DNA of 64,000 nucleotides from Spirochaetia bacterium (lineage in GTDB: Bacteria > Spirochaetota > Spirochaetia > UBA9216). The stretch is from contig OZ223265.1 of NCBI GenBank assembly GCA_965140585.1, forward strand, positions 224,001 through 288,000. The letters run 5' to 3'. The translations under genes and the position numbers were made by a program. Positions 47,716-58,228 of this stretch are shown piece by piece. Position 1 is the first letter of the stretch. Each line of letters opens with the position of its first letter. The notes beneath the pieces are model-generated. The model had not been told where the DNA came from. It did no database searches and worked only from the letters and a program-made list of their open reading frames with translations.

Positions 47716-50700
47716 CTAAAAACCTCCATTGTCAAGCAGATAGCAGATGACTACAAACAGCAGCATCTGAAGTAAATAGGTCTGCCCTTTGCCGGTGTAG
47801 ATTCTTCTGAAAAATCCGGATACCGCATGCAGCAGTTCGGAAATGGAGTTCCAGAATTTGGTAGTCAAAGGATATTCAAGAAAACCAACGGCCTTCCTGT
47901 AATGTGCAAACATATTGTATGCAAAATGTGTGGTTTCAGGACGGGCCGGACGTTCAGCAGCGTAGACGATATTAAACTGTTTAATTTGCTGATTGTGTCT
48001 GTTTGTAAGAAACAGTATCACGAAGAAAACCACAAACAGTCCTATGAATACCCACATTACCATCTGACCGTTCCAGTATCCGTAGTCTGAAATAGCAAGC
48101 GAACCGTTCCAGGTCAGAGCTCCTTCCGTATGGAAATCCATCAGGATTTCACCAATCGGTTTGAGAAATGATCCCGGGAAGAAAGACAGGTAGATAACTG
48201 CAAGAATCAGAATCAGCTGCGGAAGCACCAGAAAGAAAGGGGCTTCTTTAACTTTGCGGTGTTCATCCTTCAGCTGGCCGAGGAAAATAGTTGCAATAAG
48301 TCTGAAAAGGTAGAGGAAGGCAACCAGCCCTGCTATACCGGCAACTACACCCTGCAGCAGCCAGCCCTTCTCTATAACAGCATTGTATGTAAGCCAGCGT
48401 CCGCCGAATCCGGCAAGCGGAGGAATACCCGACAAAGCGATAATGCAGACAAGGACATTGAAGAAACTCAGGGGCATTCTTGTAATCAGTCCGCCCATCT
48501 GGTACATGTTTCTGGTTTTTACCCTGTAAACAACTCCGCCGATGGCAAGGAAGAGAACAACCTTGTAGATGAAGTGCACAAGCGAGAGTGACAGCGCACT
48601 CAGCCACCCGAGGTGGGACATCAGTGCGAGGCCGAAAAGGACATAACCCATCTGCCCTATACTCGAATAGGCCAGCATCCGCTTCGCATCCTCCTGCAGG
48701 GCAGCCATATAGTTTGCAACCAGAGCGGTTATTACACCGACCCAGCTTAATACGTATGGAATATTAACACGGCCGATTGCCTGTTCGCCGAAAGCGATGA
48801 AAGTCATAAGAAGCCCGAACACACCAGCTTTAAGCAGAATACCCGAGACCATCGGGGAAACATCTGTTTCCGCTTCGGCATGAGCTCCCGGCAGCCAGAT
48901 ATGAAGCCCCGCAGATGCCATCTTTGTCATAAATCCAACAGACAAAAGCAGCATCGTTATACCGGGTAAAGCTCCGGAGGCCGCCTTCGGAAGTATCGAC
49001 AGGGCAATCGATGAGGCCCCGGTTTGGGCGTATGAAAGCGCGAAACCGCTCATTATCAGATATGCACCGCCGAGCGAAAAGAGCATATAGCTTAAGGCAT
49101 GCGGTTTTGAATTCTTTCCTCTGAGTATGAGAAAGTATGAGCCGAGGGTCATAAGTTCCCAGAAAAAGAAGAATGAAAGCGTGTCTGCAGCTTCAATTAT
49201 TCCGACAAGACCTGCAAACATCATGCTCACAGACGGGTAAAAGCCCATACGGCGATCTTTTTTCATGAATCCCGGCAGCAGGGTTACCAGTGCTCCAATA
49301 ATGAAAATTCCTGCAAAAATCGAACGGTAGCCGCCGATTTCCATTAGCAGCGGATAGCCGTAATACGCTACCGCGGCAATGAGCAGAATGTTCTTAACAA
49401 TTGCAGGGAGAAAATCCAGCAGCATGAGAACAACTACAGCGGCAGGAAGTATCCAGTTAACTGTATTTCCGAAGGATGAATAATCAGCAGAAAAATAACC
49501 CAGAGCAAGCAGGGCTGCTGCACCTGCAAGAACAGGAACAGCTGTTCCGAACCTGAAATCAAGCTTATCATCTTCTGAATAATCATTCTTCACAGCATTG
49601 CCGAACCATCGCATCAGATAAACTGCTTCGATAAGGGCTCCGCCCAGAAGAATAAAAATCCATCCGTAATGACCTGAAGCTGCAAGCTTCATCACAAGTT
49701 CCCACTTGGCATAGAATGAGGGGAATGGAGGCAGCGCCAGAAGCGCTCCAACCGCAATCGCGAAAACAGCAATAAGAATATTGCGTTTGCGTATAATTCC
49801 CCATTCATCTGTGCCGGCTTTTCCGATTATACCCGAAAGCCAGAACAGGACAGCCTTGGCAATGGCATGAGTCACAAGAAGTGCGAGTACGATCATCATT
49901 CCGTTTTCAATATCAAAGAGATTGACCATGGCATAAACCATCACAACCATGCCTATCTGCGAAATTGATGAATAACCCAGAAGGCGTTTGGCATTTGTCT
50001 GTTTCAAAGCCAGGATGTTCATGCCTGCAAAGGTAAGAGCGCCGATGTAGAGCGACGCATTCAGAAAGGTGCCGCCGGAAAGTTGATTGATCTTGGTGTA
50101 CGCAAAGAACATCGCTGTGGCGGTTCCGCCTGCAAGCATTGCCCCGACAGGGCTTGCGGAAGCTTCATAGGCATCAAGTCCCCAGCCGTTTGCAGGAAAT
50201 GGTTTCAGTTCAATGACAATTCCAATAAAGAGCAGGAACATACCTATGTAGCAGGCTTTGACCAGCTCAAAACTGAACATTCCGCTGATTACATCGATGT
50301 TCAGCGAACCTGTACGGTAGTAAGTGAATATTATTCCAATCAGCATAAAACCGCTTGCAAGCGCACCTGCAATAACATATTTAAAGCCTGCACCCAGCTG
50401 CTTAATATCGCTGTTGAGAACAATCAGTCCCGCGGAGGCAATACTCACAATCTCAATGAAGACAAAGAGGTTGAAAAGGTCTCTTGTAAGTATTATTCCA
50501 TTCAGGCCCATTGCAAAAACAAGCAGAAGCATGAAGGTGAAAACCGATGATTTTCTATATTCACGTCCAATGTACATGGTACTCAGGAAAACAGCTGCAT
50601 TTACTATTAGCGTTAGAACCGCTTCTATTTTTCCCATATAAAGATTTATCGAAAGCGGAGGATTCATCCCGGCTGTAAAGATATTTATCTCTTCAACATT

Positions 50701-50862
50701 TCCGGCCAGGATTCCTATAGTCCACTGAGCGGAAACAGCAGTAATAGCCGCCGTTGCAATAAGAGCCAATGTCACATGAATTCCCGGTCCTGTTTTTCGG
50801 AACAATCCGATAATAAATGCGGCACCGAGGGTTATTACAATAATATAAATCGGATTTACCAT
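47716..50862 (-). CDS. Fused double antiporter-like subunit (MbxH+MbxH' / MrpD-type x2)
   Basis: Two repeats of the NuoL/M/N core (DLFNLFVFIE...KRLLGYSSISQ and FFFFWE...HIWLP...KRMLAYSSIGQ); 1048 aa. Confidence 0.88.
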   Translation of the reverse strand: MVNPIYIIVITLGAAFIIGLFRKTGPGIHVTLALIATAAITAVSAQWTIGILAGNVEEINIFTAGMNPPLSINLYMGKIEAVLTLIVNAAVFLSTMYIGREYRKSSVFTFMLLLVFAMGLNGIILTRDLFNLFVFIEIVSIASAGLIVLNSDIKQLGAGFKYVIAGALASGFMLIGIIFTYYRTGSLNIDVISGMFSFELVKACYIGMFLLFIGIVIELKPFPANGWGLDAYEASASPVGAMLAGGTATAMFFAYTKINQLSGGTFLNASLYIGALTFAGMNILALKQTNAKRLLGYSSISQIGMVVMVYAMVNLFDIENGMMIVLALLVTHAIAKAVLFWLSGIIGKAGTDEWGIIRKRNILIAVFAIAVGALLALPPFPSFYAKWELVMKLAASGHYGWIFILLGGALIEAVYLMRWFGNAVKNDYSEDDKLDFRFGTAVPVLAGAAALLALGYFSADYSSFGNTVNWILPAAVVVLMLLDFLPAIVKNILLIAAVAYYGYPLLMEIGGYRSIFAGIFIIGALVTLLPGFMKKDRRMGFYPSVSMMFAGLVGIIEAADTLSFFFFWELMTLGSYFLILRGKNSKPHALSYMLFSLGGAYLIMSGFALSYAQTGASSIALSILPKAASGALPGITMLLLSVGFMTKMASAGLHIWLPGAHAEAETDVSPMVSGILLKAGVFGLLMTFIAFGEQAIGRVNIPYVLSWVGVITALVANYMAALQEDAKRMLAYSSIGQMGYVLFGLALMSHLGWLSALSLSLVHFIYKVVLFLAIGGVVYRVKTRNMYQMGGLITRMPLSFFNVLVCIIALSGIPPLAGFGGRWLTYNAVIEKGWLLQGVVAGIAGLVAFLYLFRLIATIFLGQLKDEHRKVKEAPFFLVLPQLILILAVIYLSFFPGSFLKPIGEILMDFHTEGALTWNGSLAISDYGYWNGQMVMWVFIGLFVVFFVILFLTNRHNQQIKQFNIVYAAERPARPETTHFAYNMFAHYRKAVGFLEYPLTTKFWNSISELLHAVSGFFRRIYTGKGQTYLLQMLLFVVICYLLDNGGF

Positions 50863-51206
50863 TTGAGCTCCTCGAACCTGTCTATTTCAAGACTTCCCTT
50901 TTTGTTGTACATACTCACCGCATATGTAAGCATAAAGGCTGTGATTCCAAGACCGATAACAATTGCCGTAAGAACCAGAGCCTGCGGAACCGGGTCGACA
51001 TATTCGGTACCGATTTCCGAGAGACTCGATATAATTGGAGCAGTACCTCCGGTTACATACCCGGCACTTATCATTATCAGGTGAATTCCGACATCAAATA
51101 TTGTGAATCCTACTGTTATGCGAATAATATCCTTATTTGTAAGAACTCCCCACAATCCAATGAGAAACAGAAGAACTCCGGTCACAAGAGCTGTAGTACC
51201 TATCAT
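50856..51206 (-). CDS. MrpC/MbxG-like subunit
   Basis: VDPVPQALVLTAIVIG motif. Confidence 0.92.
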   Translation of the reverse strand: MIGTTALVTGVLLFLIGLWGVLTNKDIIRITVGFTIFDVGIHLIMISAGYVTGGTAPIISSLSEIGTEYVDPVPQALVLTAIVIGLGITAFMLTYAVSMYNKKGSLEIDRFEELKW

Positions 51207-51907
51207 TCCGCAGCCTCCTCTGTTGATTCGCCATTGAGAGTGACAACTACTGAACTCAGCTCAGAACCGACCTTAAGCCCTACAACAGAGTAGATCACAG
51301 GGATTAGACCTGCACTAAACAGGCTGCCGTAGGTTCCAAGCGGAATAAGTCTGTTGTCAAGAAAGCCGTTCACAATCAGCAGTGCGCCGGCAGCACCTAT
51401 TGCAACATAGGCAAGGCCGGAAAGCGATTCAATCACAGACATAACAGTATGTCCGGTCTTCCGGTTAGGTTCTGCAAGAACCCTGAGAACTATTGCCGAG
51501 GCAATAATTGCACCGCCCTGGAAACCTCCGCCCGGACTGAGATGACCGTTTATAAAGACATATATTCCAAACATAAGGAGAAGCGGAAAAAGGAGTCTTG
51601 AAGCGGTTTTCAGCAGTTCACTCCCCTCCCTTCTTCTGCGGTTCTCATTTTTATTCAGATGAATAAGAAGACCGACAACAGTTGAAGCGGCAAAAAGAAT
51701 GGTTACCTCGCCAAGAGTATCAAGTCCGCGGTAGGTAACAACTACGGAAGTCACAATATTTGCAGAGCCAAGTTCTTCAGGACCTTCCGTGAGATAATGA
51801 GAAGAAACCGCCGGCAGCTCGGATTTTTCCGAATACTGCAGCACAAATCCTGAGAGTATGACAGCCACAGCGACAATCAATAAAAGAATAAAACCCTTTC
51901 TAACCAT
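51203..51907 (-). CDS. MrpB-like subunit (MbxE+F fused)
   Basis: NIVTSVVVTYRGLDTLGE and GHLSPGGGFQGG motifs. Confidence 0.9.
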   Translation of the reverse strand: MVRKGFILLLIVAVAVILSGFVLQYSEKSELPAVSSHYLTEGPEELGSANIVTSVVVTYRGLDTLGEVTILFAASTVVGLLIHLNKNENRRRREGSELLKTASRLLFPLLLMFGIYVFINGHLSPGGGFQGGAIIASAIVLRVLAEPNRKTGHTVMSVIESLSGLAYVAIGAAGALLIVNGFLDNRLIPLGTYGSLFSAGLIPVIYSVVGLKVGSELSSVVVTLNGESTEEAAE

Positions 51908-52142
51908 CGTTGCGCCCCCTTATTTTTTTCAGGGCGAAAAAGAATATAAAGGTTGTAAGACCGCTTCCTATGGCGGCCTCGGTCATCGCAACATCTGGCG
52001 CTGCCATTATAATGAATAGAATTGCAGCAAACAGACCGACAGCTCCCGCAGCAAGTATTGCTACTATTCTGTCTTTAACAATAACCGCGGTGAGAGCGGT
52101 AATAATCGTCATAGCTGCAATGACGATGAAAATTATATTCAT
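51900..52142 (-). CDS. MbxD-like (DUF4040) subunit
   Basis: APDVAMTEAAIG motif. Confidence 0.9.
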   Translation of the reverse strand: MNIIFIVIAAMTIITALTAVIVKDRIVAILAAGAVGLFAAILFIIMAAPDVAMTEAAIGSGLTTFIFFFALKKIRGRNDG

Positions 52143-52480
52143 ACCTTCTCTCCTTCAGTTTCTACACTTTCCATATCCTCCATCCTGTCTTCAACTGTTA
52201 GAATTGTCATGGGCTCTTTATTAAAATGGGCAGCCCTGGCTACAACATGAGAGGAAACCGGATTGGTCAGAATGATAAAGATGATCAGCACTAAAAGCTT
52301 CGGAGTCCAACCGGGAAGGATGAGAGAAATGCCGATCATGACAAAAATGGTACCAAGTGTAGTTGCCTTCGTACCCGTCTGAATACGGTTGTAAACATCA
52401 GGCATTCGTATAATTCCGAGTGCACTCAGAAAAAATACCAGCGAACCTATAAGCACAAGAATCGATCCAGCTAATTCCAT
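52139..52480 (-). CDS. MrpG/MbxC-like subunit
   Basis: RMPDVYNR, TKATTLG and PVSSH motifs. Confidence 0.92.
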   Translation of the reverse strand: MELAGSILVLIGSLVFFLSALGIIRMPDVYNRIQTGTKATTLGTIFVMIGISLILPGWTPKLLVLIIFIILTNPVSSHVVARAAHFNKEPMTILTVEDRMEDMESVETEGEKV

Positions 52481-52740
52481 TACAGCCCCCTCTCAAAGTA
52501 TCTTGCTACTACAAGAACACCCAGGAAGCTGAGCAGACCGTAAACAAGGGCAACGTCAACATAGATAAACCTTTTGACCATCCAGGCCAGCATAACTATC
52601 ACAGATATGGCCATAATGCTTATTGCATCAAATGCTACCAGCCTGTCCAGAACTGTGGGTCCCTTGATAAACCTTATAAGCGAGATGAATACGCTTAAAA
52701 GAGTAATAAGCGCCGCTACTAAAATAATTTTGTCAGCCAA
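52480..52740 (-). CDS. MrpF/MbxB-like subunit
   Basis: GPTVLDRLVAFD motif. Confidence 0.92.
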   Translation of the reverse strand: MADKIILVAALITLLSVFISLIRFIKGPTVLDRLVAFDAISIMAISVIVMLAWMVKRFIYVDVALVYGLLSFLGVLVVARYFERGL

Positions 52741-53224
52741 AGAGCACCTCCAGATGCCGTTCGAATTTAGCTACAATCTTCTCTGTAGCACCTTCAACAT
52801 CAGTACTTGAGGCATCAATCCAGTGAATGAATAAAGTGTCTCCGACAATATCCGCGGTAAGGGTACCCGGAGTCAGAGTGATGGAATTGGCAAGCGCAAG
52901 TCTGCCAAGCGGTGATTTCAGTTTTGTTTTAACTACCACGATTGCAGGATTTATCCTGACTTTCGGAGTTACAACTCTGGACATCACGTCAATATTAGAT
53001 TTGATCAGCTCTATCAGAAAGACGACTAACCATGCAATTAGAGCGATCAGAGCCCTCGGCGTCAGCCGGACTTCTGTAAACATGCCCGAGCCGAGATAGA
53101 AAAGCGATGTTATTACTGTGATAATTATACCTGCAGTTAATACATCGGTTTTCATACTGCTGTTTATACCCAGCCAAATCAGGAAGCCGAGTACCAGCGA
53201 TACGAATGCGGCTTTTACCCTCAC
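52733..53224 (-). CDS. MrpE/MbxA-like subunit
   Basis: ANSITLTPGT and HWID motifs. Confidence 0.92.
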   Translation of the reverse strand: MRVKAAFVSLVLGFLIWLGINSSMKTDVLTAGIIITVITSLFYLGSGMFTEVRLTPRALIALIAWLVVFLIELIKSNIDVMSRVVTPKVRINPAIVVVKTKLKSPLGRLALANSITLTPGTLTADIVGDTLFIHWIDASSTDVEGATEKIVAKFERHLEVLFG

Positions 53225-53326
53225 ATTATTCCCCCCGTATCTTTTTATTGAATGAATCAGAACGATATACTTTCAGCTTAGTTGATGATATTTTAAAGTG
53301 CAAATTTATATCGATACATATATATC

Positions 53327-53356
53327 ATTCTATGTACGGGTTTCTATATATGTCAA
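53327..53356 (-). promoter_or_regulatory. Candidate sigma70 promoter of the mrp-mbx operon
   Basis: TTGACA-N18-TAGAAT on the minus strand. Confidence 0.6.
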
Positions 53357-53443
53357 TAAAAAGATATTCTTTTCTTATAATTTTGCTCATAATTATCGAT
53401 TTTATCTGTCGTCCAGCACGAGAGTCATCTGTTAATCATTATT

Positions 53444-54844
53444 TTACAGCCTAGCCAGCCTGCCGATAAGTCTTCTTGTTATGTAATTAACAACAAATAC
53501 AATAAGGACCAGTATTGTAGCTGTTGCAAAGGCATTTGCCATTGAAATATTCTCCCTTATCAAGAGGTATAGATGAACAGACAAAACCCTTACAGGAGAG
53601 TTAAGACTTTTTATTAAGCTCATGTTGCTTCCCATTGTAAACAAAATTGCAGCAGTTTCACCTATTGCACGACCGATTCCCAGAATAATACCGGTCAGAA
53701 TACCGGGAAGTGCTGTGGGTATAGCCACTCTTAGGACTGTCTCAAGTTTTGTTGCTCCAAGGGCCATGCTGCCTTCCATTAGTTCTTTTGGTACACTTTT
53801 AAGAGCTTCTTCACTGGTTCCTATAATAGTAGGAAGGATCATCAATGTGATGGTAAGCGAGCCGGAAATAAGTCCTGTTTTTAATTCTAAAAACTGGGAG
53901 AAAAATACCAGACCAAATAAACCGAAGATGATCGAGGGGATTCCGGCAAGTGTTTCAGTACCGACCCGGAATGCATAAAGAAGTGGCCCCTGTTTTGCAT
54001 ACTCAACCAGGTATATTGCCGCCCCGACTCCGATTATTCCTGCAATTATGGTTACAACCATAACCATCACAATAGTGTTGATAATAATACTGCTTATTCC
54101 GCCGACAGCGCCGGCCCTGCTCGGAGGTGTAATAAAAAAAGATGGTTTCAGGTTTACTTTTTTTCAAAGTATTTCAGTTCAAGCGTCTGAAGCCCGAAAT
54201 ATTCAGCGTCTGATGCTTTTATAAGGCCAATCGAACCTTCAATTGTATTAATAATATTCTGAAATTCACCAAGGTCCTTGGCCTTTATTATATTTGAAGA
54301 AATGGAAGCTGAACCGATAAGCTTTTCAATATATACTGTTGCCGGGTAATCAGATGCATTAAGGATTACCGGAATTACAAGACTGTCAGGACCTCCTATT
54401 TCTTTCCAATTCATTTCAGTTTCTGTAAACAGTCTTGAAACAAACCTGTCGGTAGGTTGAATCCTGCTGAATCTTCTACCCTCCTGCAGCGATGCTAGTT
54501 TTTGGTTAACTACTATCGAGTATGGCCTTAGATTGACAATACTGCAGCCTTTCGGAATATTTTCTATACAATCAGATGGTATAATCGCAATTGCACCCTT
54601 TTCTTTATTAACAGATTCAAATACATTATTAATTTCATGACTTTTTTTATATTTATGCCTGTTTCATAGTTTTTCAGATTTAAATATCCTGCTACCTGAA
54701 GTAGAAATCCGGATCGGTCAAAGATCACCGGATAAATATTGATATTTTGACCGGTTATATAACCCCAGGACTTGTTCTCACCGCTATATATTTCTTTTAG
54801 CTGTGTATATGTCAGTTCATCTACTTTGAGTGCTTTATTTGCCC
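53444..54844 (-). pseudogene. pstA: Phosphate ABC permease PstA with an extra N-terminal soluble region; 5'-truncated and frameshifted twice
   Basis: LAGIPSIIFGLFG and GRAIGETA motifs. Upstream fragments join through A7 tracts (+ strand T7 at 54642-48 and 54158-64). The 5' end is cut by the IS. Confidence 0.85.
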
Positions 54845-56351
54845 TGTGCCGGTTCAACAAGATTCGTACCACTCATCAATTTCTCTTAGCTATAGTATGA
54901 TGTGATTATAGCATAGGAGAATTAAATTGGCATCGAAGAGTAAGACACCTGAAGGGATAGTTAGGGATATTAAAAGAAAGACCAGGAGGGTCTTCAACGC
55001 AGAAGAAAAAATAAGAATCATTTTAGAAGGTCTTCGTGGAGAAGATACAATCGCTGAAATCTGTAGAAGGGAAAGTATTCATCCAACACAGTATTACAAA
55101 TGGAGTAAGGAGTTTCTTGAAGCCGAAAAAAAACGGCTGAATGGAGATATCGTTCGTGAAGCAACCTCGCCGGAGGTTAAAAAGCTGCGTAATGAAAATG
55201 AAGACCTGAAACAGGTCGTAGCCGAGATGATGCTGAAAAACCGCATGTTAAAAAAAGCTTAACGGGTTTGGGGTAAATACCGGAGCCTATATGAAATATA
55301 ACCATGCAGAAAAGTATGAAATAATTCGAATGGTCGAAGGCTCCGATCTCAGTATCAGGAGAACTCTTGAGCAAATAGGCGTCAGTAGAAGCACATTCTA
55401 CGAGTGGTACAGGCAATATCTCGAGGATGGGTACGATGGATTAAGAAATAATACATCCAGCAACCGTCAATTCTGGAATAGGATACCTGATTGCGAGCGA
55501 CAAAGAATAATTGACTACGCTCTTGAGCGGCCATGGCTGTCTTGCCGTGAAGTATCTGTGAGTTTTACGGATGAAAAAGGTTATTTTGTCTCATAATCAA
55601 GCGTATATCGCATTCTAAAGGCTGAAGGCCTGGTTGCTTCTCCTGTTTATGCCGTTCAGACGGCTAAGGATGAGTTTGAAAATAAAACAACACGAATAAA
55701 TGAAATGTGGCAAACAGACTTCACATATTTCAGGATAATTGGCTGGGGATGGTATTATCTTTCAACGGTTCTCGATGATTTTTCAAGAATGATTATTGCT
55801 TGGAAGCTCTGTAGCTCAATGTCTGCAGATGATGTAAAAGCAACTCTTGATTTAGCGATTCTGAATACCGGAATGAAGGCCCCCAAAATAATCAAACCCA
55901 GATTATTGAGCGATAACGGCCCCTGCTATATCTCAAAAGAATTGAAAGAATATCTGAAAGATCAGGATATGACTCATTCACGAGGCAGGCCCTTTCATCC
56001 TCAGACGCAGGGTAAAATTGAGCGTTACCATCGTTCGATGAAGAATATCATCCTGCTGGATAACTATTACCTGCCGCAGGAACTTGAAGCCCGAATTGGA
56101 GAATGGGTCGATTATTACAACAACCACCGATATCATGAATCGCTCGGCAATATTACGCCGAGTGAAAAATACAAAGGACTGGAATATAAAATATTTAAGG
56201 AGAGAAAAAAGGAAAAAGAGCGAACAATGAGATTGCGCCGAAAGGCAAATGGATTTATGATTGAGCAGAACGAAAAAGTTCTTGTTTAATGAAGCTGGAT
56301 CTATAGCTAAGAAATTTGATAGGTGCTGTCCGAATCATTTGACGACGTACA
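54845..56351 (+). mobile_element. Insertion sequence, IS3/IS481-like, 1507 bp, inactivated
   Basis: TGT...ACA ends; ~51-bp imperfect terminal inverted repeats sharing CTTAGCTATAG; no flanking direct repeat. Confidence 0.88.
54927..56289 (+). pseudogene. Transposase orfA/orfB with nonsense and frame lesions
   Basis: OrfA HTH at 54927-55262. OrfB runs from 55291 with a TAA at 55594-96 (S*SSVYR), then the DDE motifs WQTDFT, SDNG and GKIER. Confidence 0.88.
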
Positions 56352-57110
56352 ATCAGCATTCATGTGAACCTGAACGTAGTCTACAGTTGTTCCGCTTCCT
56401 ACGGCCTGGAAGGCTATTCCGTTAAGTTCGTTGTCTGCACTGAAAAGTGTGCCGGCAAATTCAACTCTTACATATTTAAGAGTTCCGCTGTTATCAGCAT
56501 CATCTGTTCCGCCGTAAGTTCCGGTTTCACCTTCACCTTCTGCAGTACCTCCGGTAGCATTGATTGCAGCGTTACCGTTGATTACAAGTCCGCCCCAGTC
56601 TCCGCGTGCTCTTGTTCCTTCTGATTTTGCAGATGTAAAAACAATAGGAGCTGCAGCAGTACCGACTGCATTTATTTTTGAACCCCTTGTTATAACAAGG
56701 ACACCCGGTTTGGTTGTGCTGACTTCACCCTTGATAAGGGTTCCGGCTTCAATTGTAAGTGTACAGTTATTAGCATTATCATTTCCAATGAATACAGCAT
56801 CAGCAAGATAGTATACATTGTCACTATCCCAGCTCATGTCAGTTCCGAATCTTCCTGCTACAAGTACCTGATACTCATCATCATCACCTGTCATGTAGCC
56901 TGCATCACCTGAGACATCACCATCAGCATCGTAAGTTCTTGTTGCCATATATCCGCCAAGGTCATCTACAGCGCTTACAATAAAGCCGTTTCCAAGATCG
57001 TCTCCAATCGCATAGTCTACAGTTCCGGTTGAATCGTCACAACCAACAAAGACAGCGAGTACAAGTGCCAACATCACGAGTACTGACAATATGTTCATTA
57101 GTTTCTTCAT
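56352..57110 (-). pseudogene. Acidic beta-helix-type lipoprotein gene truncated by the IS
   Basis: Lipobox VFVGC; GDWGGL, DNSGTLKYVRVEFAG and NELNG motifs. After HMNAD the frame runs into the IS right end. Confidence 0.8.
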
Positions 57111-57304
57111 ATTTCTCCTCCTATGGAAAATTTAATAGATGGGCACCTATTACGGGGCGGACTGTTAGTGGAGTATTATCCTGATATGAAATAGGGATAA
57201 GTTTAGTGTTAAATGATTTGCAAAATGTTAATTTACAGAATCCCTGAGATTTTACAGGTTCTATCCGGCCGACAATATCTTTAAACAACCAACCCATGAT
57301 TCGG

Positions 57305-58225
57305 CTACTTATCCGCGGACAATGCATATCCTTTCATGAAAGCATTATAAAGCAGGCTGAAAATCAGTACAGGAGGAATGAGCGCAATTACAGCTGCAGC
57401 CATCACCTCTCCCCAGTAAACGGCATCACCAGTTGCAATAATCTTGTTAAGACCTACCTGCACAACCTGGTTCACATCATACCGCACTATTACACGCGGC
57501 CAGAGGTACTGGTTCCAGACGTATATGAACTGGATAAGCGCAAGAGCCCCGATGGTATTCCAGCTCATGGGGATTAAAATATAGATAATAAACTTAACCG
57601 GACCGGCGCCATCAATCCTAGCCGAATCAACCAGCGCTCTTGGAATTGAACTAAAATGCTGCCTGAACAGAAAAACTCCTGTTGCTGACGCGAGAAAAGG
57701 GACAATTATCGCTAGATAATTTTTGGACCAGCCGAATCCGTATTGAATAGGCTGAAAAAGCAGTTTAACCGGATTAAAAAGCCACAGTGCCAGCTGAGTA
57801 AAACTTCCGGCAGCCTTAGCGGAGATGAGATCGAAGAGTCCAAGTATTAGAGCTTCGGTCGGCATCATCAGTGTAATTATTATAAATACAAAAATCACCT
57901 TCTTCCCTGAAAATGAAAAATAGACCAGAACAAACGCTGTCATAAATGAAAAAATAATCTTACCAACAGTTACCGCTGCGGCAATTATAAGAGAGTTTTT
58001 CATATACATAGCCAGCTTATAATCAAACAAGGCTCTCTTTATATTATAAAAAAACTGTGTTCCCAGTTTCATAGACGGGGAAAGAACCTGTGCTGCATTC
58101 TGAGTCGATTTTATAATAGCAAAAACAATCGGAAAGCAGACAACAATAACCGAAATTATCAATACTGCGTGTATCCACACAGGATCATGTCTTCGTTTAA
58201 ACTTAAAAACCTTAGTATCACTCAT
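57305..58225 (-). CDS. Carbohydrate ABC permease (UgpE/MalG-like)
   Basis: SATGVFLFRQHF, DSARIDGAG (EAA loop) and WNQYLWP motifs. Confidence 0.9.
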   Translation of the reverse strand: MSDTKVFKFKRRHDPVWIHAVLIISVIVVCFPIVFAIIKSTQNAAQVLSPSMKLGTQFFYNIKRALFDYKLAMYMKNSLIIAAAVTVGKIIFSFMTAFVLVYFSFSGKKVIFVFIIITLMMPTEALILGLFDLISAKAAGSFTQLALWLFNPVKLLFQPIQYGFGWSKNYLAIIVPFLASATGVFLFRQHFSSIPRALVDSARIDGAGPVKFIIYILIPMSWNTIGALALIQFIYVWNQYLWPRVIVRYDVNQVVQVGLNKIIATGDAVYWGEVMAAAVIALIPPVLIFSLLYNAFMKGYALSADK

Positions 58226-58228
58226 AAT

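Noticed and set aside
57200-57240. Pho box upstream of the lipoprotein/pst locus
   Set aside because: The TTAACA-like hexamers are not at the regular 11-bp spacing.
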